Source: a virus
IMG/VR virus record: IMGVR_UViG_3300029822_000004
Coordinates: 10,241 to 74,240 of that record
Strand: one strand, 5' to 3'
DNA length: 64,000 nucleotides
Under the pieces are notes generated by a model. It did not search any database. It saw only the letters and a list, made by a program, of their open reading frames with translations, and had not been told where the DNA came from. Below, one piece after another: positions 9,127 to 19,195 of this stretch; within the stretch, counting starts at the first letter, position 1, and every line of letters begins with the position of its first letter. A program made the translations under genes and the position numbers.

Positions 9127-10419
9127 ATGGACGGTGATGTAAGTTTTGGTGCGCTCACGAAGTGCCCTACGTGCAAGGATGATACTACTGGCGTATGTTT
9201 TGATTTCAATGATGGGCTACGAATTGTTACGCCAGAAGATGATGTTGTGTGGCAACTTAGGGTGTGGAATTATCAGACGGGTGATTTGCTCGCTGAAAAA
9301 ACCATACCATCAAACTCTTTCTGGAGCAGTCCCAAAAAATACTTTGTGCCATACCATTTCAGAATCACCGACAACAAAGGCCGGACGCTTGAACACACGA
9401 TGAATCTGCGTGACATGAAAGTAGTCATAAAGATGCCACTTAGGACACTCGGTGATCCCATTGCGTACTTCAGCTACTTTCCAGAGTTCCAACAGCTTCA
9501 TCAATGTAAGCTCGAAGTACACACCAGACCGCACATCATTGATATGTTCGAGGGACTGTATGAAAACATATTGCTTAAGAATATTGATGATGCCGAGGTT
9601 GGGGATGTTTATGCGACGTACTATATGGGATTGTTCTTCAATGCCGAATATGCCACATCACACCAGCCTTACGATTTCAGAACGTATGGCCTACATCAGC
9701 AATCGGCACACATCCTTGGATTGTCTGACATTGGCTATCCGACGCCACCAAAGATAAACAAGGGCATCAGTACAATATCTGGCAAGTACGTCGTCATATC
9801 CTATTCTGGCTCCAAACAGTGCAAGATGTGGAATAACCCCGCTGGATGGCTTGGCGTGGTGAGGCATTTGCGTGAAATCGGCTATGACGTGTATTGCATT
9901 GACAAGGAGCCGGTGATGGGCGTTGGCAACACGTGGAACTATGCGCCTATCGGGGCCATCGACCTGACCGGCAACATACCCATTCGCGACAGAGCGGCAG
10001 TCATATCCGGCGCTGATATGTTTATTGGCATGGCCTCTGGATTGTCGTGGGTGGCGTGGGCTTGCAATGTACCTGTTATTATGATTAGTGGCTTCAGTCT
10101 GCCCTTTGCCGAGTTCCCTTGCTTTCGTGTCATCAATCCATACTGTGAGTGTATCGGCTGCTGGAATGACACTCGGATTAACTTCAGCCATCACAACTTC
10201 ATGTGGTGTCCGCGCATTGACGCAAAGATTGATCTCAAACAAGAGGCGATGCGAAAGACCACAGACGAAGAAGAAATCAAGCTACTTAAAGAGCAGATAG
10301 CGGAACTTGAAAACGAAAAGTTCATCTGCACAAAGTCAATCACGGCATCACACGTCAACGCTTATATCGACAAGGTTGCGCGAATGATAGCCAAAAAGAA
10401 AGAGGGCAAAAATCAGTGA
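9127..10419 (+). CDS. TibC/Aah-like autotransporter O-heptosyltransferase (BAHT, GT9-like fold)
   Basis: SPKKYFVP, TLGDPIAYF, YATYYMGLFF, QPYDFR.GL, KMWNNP.GW, FIGMASGLSWVAW, ISGFS..AEF and CxxCWND...WCPR...FICTKSIT cysteines. Confidence 0.85.
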   Translation: MDGDVSFGALTKCPTCKDDTTGVCFDFNDGLRIVTPEDDVVWQLRVWNYQTGDLLAEKTIPSNSFWSSPKKYFVPYHFRITDNKGRTLEHTMNLRDMKVVIKMPLRTLGDPIAYFSYFPEFQQLHQCKLEVHTRPHIIDMFEGLYENILLKNIDDAEVGDVYATYYMGLFFNAEYATSHQPYDFRTYGLHQQSAHILGLSDIGYPTPPKINKGISTISGKYVVISYSGSKQCKMWNNPAGWLGVVRHLREIGYDVYCIDKEPVMGVGNTWNYAPIGAIDLTGNIPIRDRAAVISGADMFIGMASGLSWVAWACNVPVIMISGFSLPFAEFPCFRVINPYCECIGCWNDTRINFSHHNFMWCPRIDAKIDLKQEAMRKTTDEEEIKLLKEQIAELENEKFICTKSITASHVNAYIDKVARMIAKKKEGKNQ

Positions 10420-11120
10420 AGCCGTACTACAATGACAAGTGGGTGACGCTGTATCATGGCGGCTGTACAGAGATAGTTCCTGCCCTTGGTATGTTCGATC
10501 TTGTATTGACAGACCCGCCATATATCCTTGATCCGTCACCACAGGGCAGATCAGAGTTTTGCACTGAGGTGAAGCGACTAAAGACCGACGACTACATCAA
10601 GCTCACGGATGGTTTTGATGTCGATGGTATTATGAGCGGATGGCAGAAGCATATGGCGCTATTCAATGCCTTCTGCTTTTGCTCAAACAAACAGATACCC
10701 GACATCATGAATTGGGGAATAAGCAAGGGATACATAACGACATTGCTCATCTGGAACAAGCCCAACGTCCCGCCGTTTGCCAATAATGTATGGCGCGGAG
10801 ATGCTGAGTTCTGTGTCCATATAAGGCAATCTGGGGCGTATTTTGAGGGCGATTCCGAGCAGAAGAAGAAGGTGGTAGCGATGCCGAGGCTTGCAGGCAC
10901 GGAGCATCCTACAGAAAAGCCACTTGATCTCGTGTCGCGGTATGTACAGATAGGCACAAAGGTACAGGACATCATACTTGACCCATATGCGGGATCGGGC
11001 ACAACCGGCGTGGCAGCCAAACGCCTAAATCGCCGTTGTGTGTTGATTGAGATGGAAGAGAAGTATTGTGAAATTGCTGCAAAGCGTTTATCTCAGGGCG
11101 TGCTAACTATAGATTTCTAA
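10416..11120 (+). CDS. N4-C/N6-A DNA methyltransferase (beta class)
   Basis: LTDPPY, HPTEKP, ILDPYAGSGTT, IEMEEKYCEIA. Confidence 0.93.
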   Translation: MKPYYNDKWVTLYHGGCTEIVPALGMFDLVLTDPPYILDPSPQGRSEFCTEVKRLKTDDYIKLTDGFDVDGIMSGWQKHMALFNAFCFCSNKQIPDIMNWGISKGYITTLLIWNKPNVPPFANNVWRGDAEFCVHIRQSGAYFEGDSEQKKKVVAMPRLAGTEHPTEKPLDLVSRYVQIGTKVQDIILDPYAGSGTTGVAAKRLNRRCVLIEMEEKYCEIAAKRLSQGVLTIDF

Positions 11121-11131
11121 AGGAGTAAAAG

Positions 11132-11380
11132 ATGGGTTTTGTACATGAAACAATCATCCAGCGACCCAATAAAACCTACGGATGTTATCTGTGCGGGAAA
11201 GAAATCACCGGAGAGCACATCAAGGTGTTTTTCGTCGATGGTGGAATGGGGCACAGCTACAGGACGCATAAGGATTGCTACAAGGAGGCGCAGAAAATGT
11301 GTGCTGATTGTGACTACTGCTATGACTGCCAATATGATGTAGCCGAGTGCTTTTACGAAAAAATGAAAGATAAGGAGTAA
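11132..11380 (+). CDS. Small Cys-rich protein
   Basis: AAGGAG RBS; CYLCG..HKDC..CADCDYCYDC. Confidence 0.6.
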   Translation: MGFVHETIIQRPNKTYGCYLCGKEITGEHIKVFFVDGGMGHSYRTHKDCYKEAQKMCADCDYCYDCQYDVAECFYEKMKDKE

Positions 11381-11383
11381 AAG

Positions 11384-12169
11384 ATGTCAGAACTGATCAA
11401 AAAACACCTGCTGGAAGATGTGCCTGTGGTGTACTTTGACTTGGAAACCACCGACGCCGATCCAGACTACTGCCGGACTGTGACACTATCCGCATGCAGC
11501 AATGGCGTATGGAAATCGTGGTTGTTTGATCCATGCGTATTGATCAGCCCAGGCGCGTCCAAAGTACACGGATACATTGACATTGACGTGATAGGCAAAC
11601 CAAAGTTCTCAGATTGCGTTCAGGACATATACCCGCTGTTTGATAGGGCGTATTGGTGCGCTTACAATGGCCATGCTTTTGACTTCAAGATCATCAAGAG
11701 GGAGTTTGAGCTTGCTGGACATAAGCAACCGGTGAGCCTGGGGAAGATTGATCCCTACCGGATATTTCTGAAGTATTATGGTAAGGCTGGAAGGGGCCAG
11801 AGGACACTATCAGCCGCATATAGACAATACTGCCAGAAAAAGATGGTCAATGCCCACGATGCAAAAGCCGACACCAGCGCCATGATTGAGATACTGTATG
11901 GCCAAATTGAAGAACATGGCATAAAGGACATGGACACACTGATTGAGGCGTCTGTGTTCTATGACAGGAAGGTAGACAAGAAGGGCTTTTTCATCTTCAA
12001 GGGCCGGTCATTGATGGCGTGCGCGGGCTATGGCAGATTCTCCGGTATGCCCATGAATCAGATACCGGCGAGTTACTACAAGTGGATGATTGCGAATAAC
12101 TTTCCAGACGATGTAAAAGAGATAGCGAAGAAGGCAATCATGGGGTACTTTCCACGGCGACCTATCTAA
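11384..12169 (+). CDS. DEDDh 3'-5' exonuclease (DnaQ/epsilon-like)
   Basis: YFDLETT, AYNGHAFD, AHDAKAD; C-terminal YGRFSG..IPASYYKW extension. Confidence 0.9.
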   Translation: MSELIKKHLLEDVPVVYFDLETTDADPDYCRTVTLSACSNGVWKSWLFDPCVLISPGASKVHGYIDIDVIGKPKFSDCVQDIYPLFDRAYWCAYNGHAFDFKIIKREFELAGHKQPVSLGKIDPYRIFLKYYGKAGRGQRTLSAAYRQYCQKKMVNAHDAKADTSAMIEILYGQIEEHGIKDMDTLIEASVFYDRKVDKKGFFIFKGRSLMACAGYGRFSGMPMNQIPASYYKWMIANNFPDDVKEIAKKAIMGYFPRRPI

Positions 12170-12188
12170 CTTTATTTTTCATAGTGGC

Positions 12189-12216
12189 TTGAAAAACGCA
12201 TAAAGTGTGCTATAGT
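12189..12216 (+). promoter_or_regulatory. Conserved phage promoter TTGAAA-N16-TATAGT
   Basis: Intergenic, upstream of the C5 MTase; GTGTGCTATAGTA. Confidence 0.72.
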
Positions 12217-12269
12217 AAAGACCGTTGCAGAGAAAAGCGTAAAGAGCAAGTAAACAAGGATGTGGGCGT

Positions 12270-13337
12270 GTGAACTACTACAACGACTTTGACAAAAAAG
12301 CATGCGCATGGCTTCGAGAGCTGATTAAAGCTGGTGAAATACCAGATGGAATTGTTGATGACAGGAGTATAACAGATGTTACAGCAAATGATCTTCGTGG
12401 ATTTACTCAATGCCACTTCTTCGCAGGGATCGGGGGGTGGTCGCTGGCCTTGCAACTCGCCGGATGGCCAGAATATAAACCAGTCTGGACGGGAAGCTGT
12501 CCATGCCAGCCTTTCAGCGTCGCAGGAAAAGGGGACGGAAAATCAGACGAAAGACACCTCTGGCCTGCTTTCGCCAGGCTCATTGCAGAGTGCAGACCTC
12601 CAGTTGTCTTTGGCGAACAGGTTGAAAGCGCGATTAAGCACGGGTGGATCGATGATTTACAGGCAGACATGGAAAGAGAAGATTACGCCGTCGGGTTTGC
12701 GGTATTGGGCGCACACAGCGTCGGCGCGCCGCATATCAGACAGCGATTGTATTGGGTGGCCGACGGCCTCGTCACGGGACGGGAAGGGAGGATATTTGGG
12801 GGGGAGGATACGGGACGGGAAAATCAGCACCGACGTGTTGGATGTAACGGCGCAGTTATCGGGCTGGTCGACTCCAATAGCGAACAAGCAGTCGCCGCAG
12901 ACCAGAGAAGATTTTACCCCAAATCTCTCTGCGATAGCGATTACAGCAGGGTGGCCGACTCCGGATTGCTCGGATCGTCGCGGTCCGGGAAGCAAGCAGC
13001 AGGGGGTGAAAAATGTTGCGGAATTGGCGGGCTGGCCGACACCGACGGTAACGGATTGCAGCCGAGGGAACGGGACAATACGTCCGCAGGACACGGGGAT
13101 ACCCTTGCCGCAGCGGGTTGCAATGATCGACAGGGATCAACCTGCCAGACTAACAGCCTCTGGGCAGCTCCTGACTGGCTCTTCTGCCGGGATGGAAAGT
13201 GGCGGCCAGTTGAATCCGGCACATTCCCGCTGGCTGATGGGATACCCGGCAGAGTGGGATTGTTGCGGGGCTATGGCAATGCAATTGTGCCGCAAGCCGC
13301 GGCGGAGTTTGTAAGAGCATTTATGGAGGTGTTCTGA
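12270..13337 (+). CDS. C5 cytosine DNA methyltransferase (alpha chain; motif IX not evident)
   Basis: HFFAGIGG (I), GSCPCQPFS (IV), EQV (VI), HIRQRLY (VIII), GYGNAIVP (X). Confidence 0.92.
   Translation: MNYYNDFDKKACAWLRELIKAGEIPDGIVDDRSITDVTANDLRGFTQCHFFAGIGGWSLALQLAGWPEYKPVWTGSCPCQPFSVAGKGDGKSDERHLWPAFARLIAECRPPVVFGEQVESAIKHGWIDDLQADMEREDYAVGFAVLGAHSVGAPHIRQRLYWVADGLVTGREGRIFGGEDTGRENQHRRVGCNGAVIGLVDSNSEQAVAADQRRFYPKSLCDSDYSRVADSGLLGSSRSGKQAAGGEKCCGIGGLADTDGNGLQPRERDNTSAGHGDTLAAAGCNDRQGSTCQTNSLWAAPDWLFCRDGKWRPVESGTFPLADGIPGRVGLLRGYGNAIVPQAAAEFVRAFMEVF
12376..13314 (+). CDS. Nested alternative-frame ORF; probable MTase beta chain carrying motif IX (true start uncertain)
   Basis: 312 open codons in the +1 frame; C-terminal [18 protein letters not shown]; four GWxT(P/A) repeats. 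Confidence 0.65.
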   Translation: MLQQMIFVDLLNATSSQGSGGGRWPCNSPDGQNINQSGREAVHASLSASQEKGTENQTKDTSGLLSPGSLQSADLQLSLANRLKARLSTGGSMIYRQTWKEKITPSGLRYWAHTASARRISDSDCIGWPTASSRDGKGGYLGGRIRDGKISTDVLDVTAQLSGWSTPIANKQSPQTREDFTPNLSAIAITAGWPTPDCSDRRGPGSKQQGVKNVAELAGWPTPTVTDCSRGNGTIRPQDTGIPLPQRVAMIDRDQPARLTASGQLLTGSSAGMESGGQLNPAHSRWLMGYPAEWDCCGAMAMQLCRKPRRSL

Positions 13338-13789
13338 TGGCTGTTAATTATGGTAATATGGACGGCAAGAGATTCAAAGTAGATTGTGGCTGTATGGAAA
13401 AGAAGGAAAAGAGGCATCAGATGGCAAGCAAAGTAAGGCGGGTTGAGTGTGGTTGGGGGGGTCATTTTATTTGTGCCGACATGTGTTTGTTTCGTCGGAA
13501 TACTCACTTGGAAAAGGATGGTGTTTGGGTTGTGGTATCGACTGTTGGAAATATGTACATGCCCAACAGCAACAAGGCATCTGAGATCAGTGTTGGTAAG
13601 TTCTATGAGACGATGGTTTTTCTTTCGGACGTGGATGACAACAAATACCATGATGCCGACGTAAGTAAGTGTATACCGACGCAAGGAAGATGGTGTATAG
13701 ACAAACCGAATTGTGACAACGAGGCTAATGATATGCATGAAGCCATTGTTGCGGAAATCACTGAACGCATGGAGAGCGGTGCTATCTAA
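13337..13789 (+). CDS. Hypothetical phage protein
   Basis: 150 aa; VSTVG..FYETMVF..EANDMHEAIVAE. Confidence 0.65.
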   Translation: MAVNYGNMDGKRFKVDCGCMEKKEKRHQMASKVRRVECGWGGHFICADMCLFRRNTHLEKDGVWVVVSTVGNMYMPNSNKASEISVGKFYETMVFLSDVDDNKYHDADVSKCIPTQGRWCIDKPNCDNEANDMHEAIVAEITERMESGAI

Positions 13790-13807
13790 CAAGAAAGGAA
13801 GTGTCAG

Positions 13808-14110
13808 ATGGAAGATGAACGCATCAAGATATTAACAGATCGCATAGAAGAACTTGAAAACCTTGCCGATGAGCGAGACAAGTTTGTTGACAGTTTAGCC
13901 AAAGAGCTATCAGAAATGCAGGACTTATACGAGGATGCACTAAAAACGATCGAGGTAGAGGCGTTTACAAGGGCAGTGCTGGTAGATAAGTGCAAACGTC
14001 TCAAAAAGGCTGCGCTAGGCGTGCGTAAACTGGCAGAAGATATCTCTGAGGAGCCTGATACTCTGGCAAAAGATAAAGCATACCAAAGGCTTAACAAGGA
14101 GCTTGAATGA
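13808..14110 (+). CDS. Coiled-coil hypothetical protein
   Basis: AAGGA RBS; heptad pattern. Confidence 0.6.
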   Translation: MEDERIKILTDRIEELENLADERDKFVDSLAKELSEMQDLYEDALKTIEVEAFTRAVLVDKCKRLKKAALGVRKLAEDISEEPDTLAKDKAYQRLNKELE

Positions 14111-14397
14111 TCCCGCACAACCACAACCGCAAGCCCAGACGCCCGCGCATGGTGGCGATACGACGAAGGCAGCCATGCAACCGGATGTCAGCATACTGCT
14201 TCATTCCCCGCAGCTATAGGCACCCTAAAGACCTTAGATGGGCAGATTCAAACGATGCTTTCTGGTCTGCGACGCTCTATGAAGACGAGTTTGGCAATCT
14301 CTTTAGGCGCTGTAATCCAAAAGGAGATACGCCGCCAAGGCATGTACGATTGAGGAACGGCCCTGACCCGATTGTGCTGAGTTCGATAAGTATTTAG
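14107..14397 (+). CDS. Hypothetical protein
   Basis: ATGA overlap. Confidence 0.5.
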   Translation: MIPHNHNRKPRRPRMVAIRRRQPCNRMSAYCFIPRSYRHPKDLRWADSNDAFWSATLYEDEFGNLFRRCNPKGDTPPRHVRLRNGPDPIVLSSISI

Positions 14398-14436
14398 GAA
14401 AACAAGGATGACGGAACTAGAAAGCGAGCATGAAAA

Positions 14437-14628
14437 ATGATTTACTTTGTAGCGGCTGGATTTTGTATCGTGGCAATCATGTTCTATATCGTGATGACAA
14501 TACTTTGCCATCTTTACGCCAAACAGGAGCACTTGGAAGAAGGTGTAAAATTGGCACTTGAAACAATTAAGGCCATGATTGATGCGGACGTAGCCAAAAG
14601 GAATCTGGACAAATGCAAGAACAAGTAA
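14437..14628 (+). CDS. Small membrane protein
   Basis: N-terminal hydrophobic helix. Confidence 0.5.
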   Translation: MIYFVAAGFCIVAIMFYIVMTILCHLYAKQEHLEEGVKLALETIKAMIDADVAKRNLDKCKNK

Positions 14629-14804
14629 ACAAAGACCAGATGCTCGTATTGCAGTGCTATGACGATTCTAAGGAGGAGTGGTGTGATGTATCGTATTCTA
14701 GAAGCAGAGATGAGTTAATCCAAGAGATCAACCAGATATGTAAAAATAGCTATTATATAGATGATGATTTCAGGATCATACAATACTACACCACAGAGGA
14801 ATAG
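14613..14804 (+). CDS. Hypothetical protein
   Basis: 63 aa within the operon. Confidence 0.5.
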   Translation: MQEQVNKDQMLVLQCYDDSKEEWCDVSYSRSRDELIQEINQICKNSYYIDDDFRIIQYYTTEE

Positions 14805-14807
14805 ACC

Positions 14808-15056
14808 ATGCAAAAACGGAAAGTAGGACGACCGGCCTTGGAGCTGGATATGGATATGGTCATTGGCCTGTACAAGAAGCACTGGTCGATTGAGGCCATT
14901 GCCGCCAAGATTGGTGTAAGTCAGATGACCGTGTGGAGAAAACTCAAAGAGATGGGGGTGCTAAAAAATGACAACGCAGGAAATAGTAAGCGCAATCGGG
15001 AAGGCGGTACTCAAGCCACTAGTGCAACCACGGGGAACGAAACTCCAAATCTGTGA
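14808..15056 (+). CDS. HTH DNA-binding protein
   Basis: GRP..SIEAIAAKIGVSQMTVWRKLKE. Confidence 0.75.
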   Translation: MQKRKVGRPALELDMDMVIGLYKKHWSIEAIAAKIGVSQMTVWRKLKEMGVLKNDNAGNSKRNREGGTQATSATTGNETPNL

Positions 15057-15903
15057 GGCGTACTTTGAGCGATTCAGCGACCAGCAAATCAATCTGTTTC
15101 TTGATAAATTGAAAAAGAGTGAGTGGGTCAACAACGGTTCTTTTGGTCTGGATGAGCTTGTAAAACGCGATCTGGTGAATGTACTGCTATCGGGTTCACG
15201 GAAAGTGCTCAATGTCAGCAAGCACTACAATCCAGTTGTCATTGCGGGGCCAAGAGATAGCCACCCCATCACACTAGGCTCTCTGACAACAGGCAAGACG
15301 TGCGGTGAGTGTCATGCGCCCATGTCGTTGACTGTATCGCTGTTTGAGGACAGGGCGAGCAAAGAGCTACTTTGTACTGCATGCAATAGTAACATATATC
15401 AAGCCGCCATCACAAAAACAAGTGCCATAGTGGCCAAACGAATGCAGGAAGGTGGTGTACCTAATAGATATATTGACTCATACTTAAGAACACAGGATGC
15501 CCCAAACGACACGCTTACTGAAAACAGGATGCTACCGCGCGGTGTATACTTGTTTGGTGAATCAGATACAGGTAAATCACACGCACTAGCTGGCTGGATG
15601 CGCCTGATGTTGTCATTTGGGCATAAGTGCGTTTGGTTGAACTGGTCTGACGAGTGCTGTAAACTCCACACCGATCAGAAGTATTTTACTGAGCTGGTGG
15701 GAAAGATTAGTGGCAAAGTGGTGTTTATTGACGACTTCGACACGACAGACAAGTTCCTGACGGTGTATATTTACAATCTGGTCGATATGTTCTACAGAAA
15801 CAACGTGCCAGTATTCTACACATCCAGCGCCCTGCCCGACAATGACAAGCTGGCTATGCGCATCGGCAAGACCACCACGCAGATTGAGTTCGTAGGGGCA
15901 TGA
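14968..15903 (+). CDS. DnaC/IstB-like AAA+ helicase loader
   Basis: CGEC..CTAC; GVPNRY; YLFGESDTGKSH; VFIDDF; immediately upstream of DnaB-like gene. Confidence 0.78.
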   Translation: MTTQEIVSAIGKAVLKPLVQPRGTKLQICEAYFERFSDQQINLFLDKLKKSEWVNNGSFGLDELVKRDLVNVLLSGSRKVLNVSKHYNPVVIAGPRDSHPITLGSLTTGKTCGECHAPMSLTVSLFEDRASKELLCTACNSNIYQAAITKTSAIVAKRMQEGGVPNRYIDSYLRTQDAPNDTLTENRMLPRGVYLFGESDTGKSHALAGWMRLMLSFGHKCVWLNWSDECCKLHTDQKYFTELVGKISGKVVFIDDFDTTDKFLTVYIYNLVDMFYRNNVPVFYTSSALPDNDKLAMRIGKTTTQIEFVGA

Positions 15904-15907
15904 CAAA

Positions 15908-17452
15908 ATGGAAATTGTTGATGATACCACAACCGCGCTTGAACGTCGCATTGTCTATCTGTATTGCACGAACAACGAGTTCGCCAATGAGATAAGCGCC
16001 TTCTATCGCTCTGGTATGCTTGAGGGCAAGTACCTGTCCAAACTTGCCGACATATGCTTCAAGTTCCACGAGAAGTTCAACAGCGCGCCCGGTGACAAGA
16101 TTGATCGCTTCATAGAAAATGCCACGGCCCTCAAAAAGATGGATGCCGATACCGCCGCCGAACTCAAGCTCATTGTCAGCGGGTTTACATCAGAAGCTCC
16201 AGCCGATGATGTGTCTTTTGAGATTGGTGAGGCCATGCGGTACTTGGCTGGTACTGCGATGTCTTTGGCCATGGATGAAGCAAAGGCCCTGCTGGCAAAG
16301 GGCAAGGTGACTGAGGCGAGGGATTTTCTTTCGGCTCTGGATATTGTCAGGGAGAGGCGCCTTACGGGTGGCGACATCATGCAGGAAGATGTTGATTACC
16401 TGTCTGAGTTGTTTGCTTTCAATGCCGAGCCGATCTTCACATTGCCGCAGGAACTTGGCAGGCTGATGAACAAGACCCTCACCAAAAACTCGCTGGTGGC
16501 ATTCTTGGGCAGGAACAAAGTAGGCAAATCGCATTGGCTGCTGTACTTGGCGCGCATGGCAAGGAATCAGGGCAAGTTCGTCATATACATCAGCGCCGGC
16601 GACATGACCAGAAAACAATGCGAGAAACGAATATTGCAGTCTGATGCGCACACCACAAACTTTAAGGATGATCTGGACAAACAGCGCATACCCTATATTG
16701 ACTGCAAGAAGAACCAGATGGGGCAATGCCTGGACTGCCCAACAACCATCACACTGCTTAATGAGTTTAACGAGCTAGCAGAAGACCCCGAGATGAAGGA
16801 TGGTTATGAGCCGTGTACCAAGTGCCATGACAAGAGATTCGAGCAGACCGTTGTATGGAAGAGGGTAGAGCGGCCATTGATGACTGAGGAATTGGCCATG
16901 GAAGTGCAGGACAAGTGGCGAAAATCAGGCAAGACCGGCATTCTCCATGTAGAGTCGCGCCCAAATTCATCTCTTACTTGCGATGAGTTCAAAAGCATTG
17001 TGAAGCTCGCATGCCGTCAATACAAGAAACCCAACCCAGATGTCATTATATTGGACTATGCAGACATCATGGCCAACGAGGAAAGAGACCCACGGGAATC
17101 GACCAACAAGAAGTGGAAGTTCCTGCGGGCGTGTGCTGATGATTTCGAGTGCCTAGTGATTACCGCTACGCAACCCAATGCCGACGCCTTTAGCTTTGAT
17201 GACCTGACGCAGCAGAACTTTTCAGAGGACAGGCGCAAGTTCGATCACGTCACGGCCTTCTACGCAATCAATCAAAAGCCGGAAGAGCGCCTCAAGAGTA
17301 TCTGGCGTATTGCTGCCCTGAATATGCGCGAGTTCTCATTTCAGGAAAGCCACCAAGCGCTTTGTTATGGATGTCTTGCTTTGGGTACGCCGCATCTTGC
17401 ATCAACCTTCCACTATGCACCACCGCCACCACCAAAAATCTTCAAGAAATAG
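15908..17452 (+). CDS. DnaB-like replicative helicase
   Basis: GRNKVGKS, IILDYADIM, VITATQ, SEDRRK; Cys-rich insertion. Confidence 0.85.
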   Translation: MEIVDDTTTALERRIVYLYCTNNEFANEISAFYRSGMLEGKYLSKLADICFKFHEKFNSAPGDKIDRFIENATALKKMDADTAAELKLIVSGFTSEAPADDVSFEIGEAMRYLAGTAMSLAMDEAKALLAKGKVTEARDFLSALDIVRERRLTGGDIMQEDVDYLSELFAFNAEPIFTLPQELGRLMNKTLTKNSLVAFLGRNKVGKSHWLLYLARMARNQGKFVIYISAGDMTRKQCEKRILQSDAHTTNFKDDLDKQRIPYIDCKKNQMGQCLDCPTTITLLNEFNELAEDPEMKDGYEPCTKCHDKRFEQTVVWKRVERPLMTEELAMEVQDKWRKSGKTGILHVESRPNSSLTCDEFKSIVKLACRQYKKPNPDVIILDYADIMANEERDPRESTNKKWKFLRACADDFECLVITATQPNADAFSFDDLTQQNFSEDRRKFDHVTAFYAINQKPEERLKSIWRIAALNMREFSFQESHQALCYGCLALGTPHLASTFHYAPPPPPKIFKK

Positions 17453-17463
17453 CATTGTGTGAC

Positions 17464-17491
17464 TTGAAAAGGTTACATTGTGTGCTATAGT
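17464..17491 (+). promoter_or_regulatory. Conserved phage promoter TTGAAA-N16-TATAGT
   Basis: Intergenic; TGTGTGCTATAGTATT. Confidence 0.72.
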
Positions 17492-17540
17492 ATTGAACAG
17501 TAAAGCCGCCTATACACCACACCACCAAAAGGACACCACC

Positions 17541-17990
17541 ATGTCAAATGCGAACGAGCTACAACACGCAGTCGATGAACTGAAGTTCAAGGGCCTGGTC
17601 AAAGAAAAACTGGGCGAGAATCTTACCGAAACCATAACACGATTCGCACGAACAGCACCGGCACTGTCATTCTTGTATCTGAGTGAGCATACCCGGAGTG
17701 TGATCGAAAATGCAGTAAAGAGCGTCGAGTTGTGTAAAGAGTACCGAGAGATCACCTTGGATGAGGCATGCATCATTGCCATCATCCGCCAGCGCACAAA
17801 CTTCGGTGCGAGCACTATCGCCATATATGCGCAGGGAATATACGAAAGCATAAACAAGCATCCCGTGGGCGATAGCGAGGCGTTGATTGCCGCTTCCCAA
17901 ATTGTGTCCATGATGAGCAATCCCAGTGTTGGTTTGCTTATTGAAACGAATGACCGCTATACCATCAATCCCAATGTAGAACTCAACTAA
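17541..17990 (+). CDS. Hypothetical protein
   Basis: AAGGA RBS before MSNANEL. Confidence 0.6.
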   Translation: MSNANELQHAVDELKFKGLVKEKLGENLTETITRFARTAPALSFLYLSEHTRSVIENAVKSVELCKEYREITLDEACIIAIIRQRTNFGASTIAIYAQGIYESINKHPVGDSEALIAASQIVSMMSNPSVGLLIETNDRYTINPNVELN

Positions 17991-18001
17991 AGGAAAAAGA
18001 A

Positions 18002-19042
18002 ATGGCAGAAACGATTGACAAAAAAGAATTACAGGCGGCCATTGCGTTGGTAGTGGATTGTATTGAGCCTTCCGATGCATCAGCGCCCAGTACCTACACC
18101 ATCTTTCAACGGGGAAGAGTGCATGGCTTCAATGACATCTCTGGTGTGAGTGTGCCATTGAGTGTCGTATTGCCGGATTGCGCAGTGGAAACCAAGCTGC
18201 TGTATGACTTCGTTAGAAAGGCGCCAGATGAACAGCTCATTGTCGGCCTGAGCAACGGCAATCTGAAAATCGTGGGTGCGTCAAAGAACATCAACGCCGA
18301 GTTTGCAATCCGTCAAGACCTCATATATCCAGAAGAGTGGATTGTGACAGACCCATCAAGCCTTATGATGCTTCCAGAGGCGTTTCAGGCGGCGCTGGTA
18401 TCCGTCGCTCCCGCCTGCTCTGAAGACAAACCGCAGTACCGCAACGTCATCTTCAAGGACGGCAAAGCATATGGCGTAAGTCCTGATTACATTGCTTTGT
18501 TTGACCTTAATGACCCCGAGCTATTCAAGGACATGCTTTTTATCTCACCAAAGGCAACCAAGTTCGTCAACAAGTACCTGCCCAAACGCTACAGCTCCAA
18601 TGACGGGCTTGTCCATCTGGTGTCTGAGGATATGCAGGTCTATACGACACGGACACGCAGCGACATTGCGGAGTCCATCAATCTTGGATTTCTGGATGCG
18701 TACTTTGGCAGTCCAGAGCTTTCGACATTCCACTTTCCGACATCAATGGATAAGGTTCTGGATCGATGCAATCCCTTCAGTGGCAAGAGCGTCAAAGCAA
18801 AACGCCTGAGCTTCAATCTGCATGACGGCATGATGGAAGTTTCGGCGGTGCGTGAAGATGGCTCAAAGATCAAGGAACGCTGTCTTGGCATTGAGTGCAC
18901 AAATCCCATCACATTCACCACGGGCTTCAAGTTACTATCCACGGCTCTACCCCTTACCACTGATTGTTCCGTGTGTGATGGCATGCTGTTGCTACGGGGT
19001 ACGCAGTTCACCGGCATCATTCCATTAGCCGAGGAGGTTTAA
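18002..19042 (+). CDS. Divergent beta sliding clamp-like protein
   Basis: 346 aa; IDKKELQAAIALV N-terminus, CAVETKLLYDFVRKAPDEQL, three-domain alpha/beta pattern; replication context. Confidence 0.6.
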   Translation: MAETIDKKELQAAIALVVDCIEPSDASAPSTYTIFQRGRVHGFNDISGVSVPLSVVLPDCAVETKLLYDFVRKAPDEQLIVGLSNGNLKIVGASKNINAEFAIRQDLIYPEEWIVTDPSSLMMLPEAFQAALVSVAPACSEDKPQYRNVIFKDGKAYGVSPDYIALFDLNDPELFKDMLFISPKATKFVNKYLPKRYSSNDGLVHLVSEDMQVYTTRTRSDIAESINLGFLDAYFGSPELSTFHFPTSMDKVLDRCNPFSGKSVKAKRLSFNLHDGMMEVSAVREDGSKIKERCLGIECTNPITFTTGFKLLSTALPLTTDCSVCDGMLLLRGTQFTGIIPLAEEV

Positions 19043-19045
19043 GCC

Positions 19046-19195
19046 ATGAAAGACACAAACGTTTGGCTCTTTATTCTTTGGGCAGCTACTTTGGCCGGCA
19101 TGATACTGCTTGTCAATCTGCGTGTCAGTGTCCTAGAAGAGCGCCTTAACTCGATCGAACCAGCATTGCATATCCCCAAAGAGATATCAAAATGA
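19046..19195 (+). CDS. Small membrane protein (49 aa)
   Basis: GGAGG RBS; VWLFILWAATLAGMILLV; ATGA overlap with next gene; hand-translated. Confidence 0.5.
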   Translation: MKDTNVWLFILWAATLAGMILLVNLRVSVLEERLNSIEPALHIPKEISK

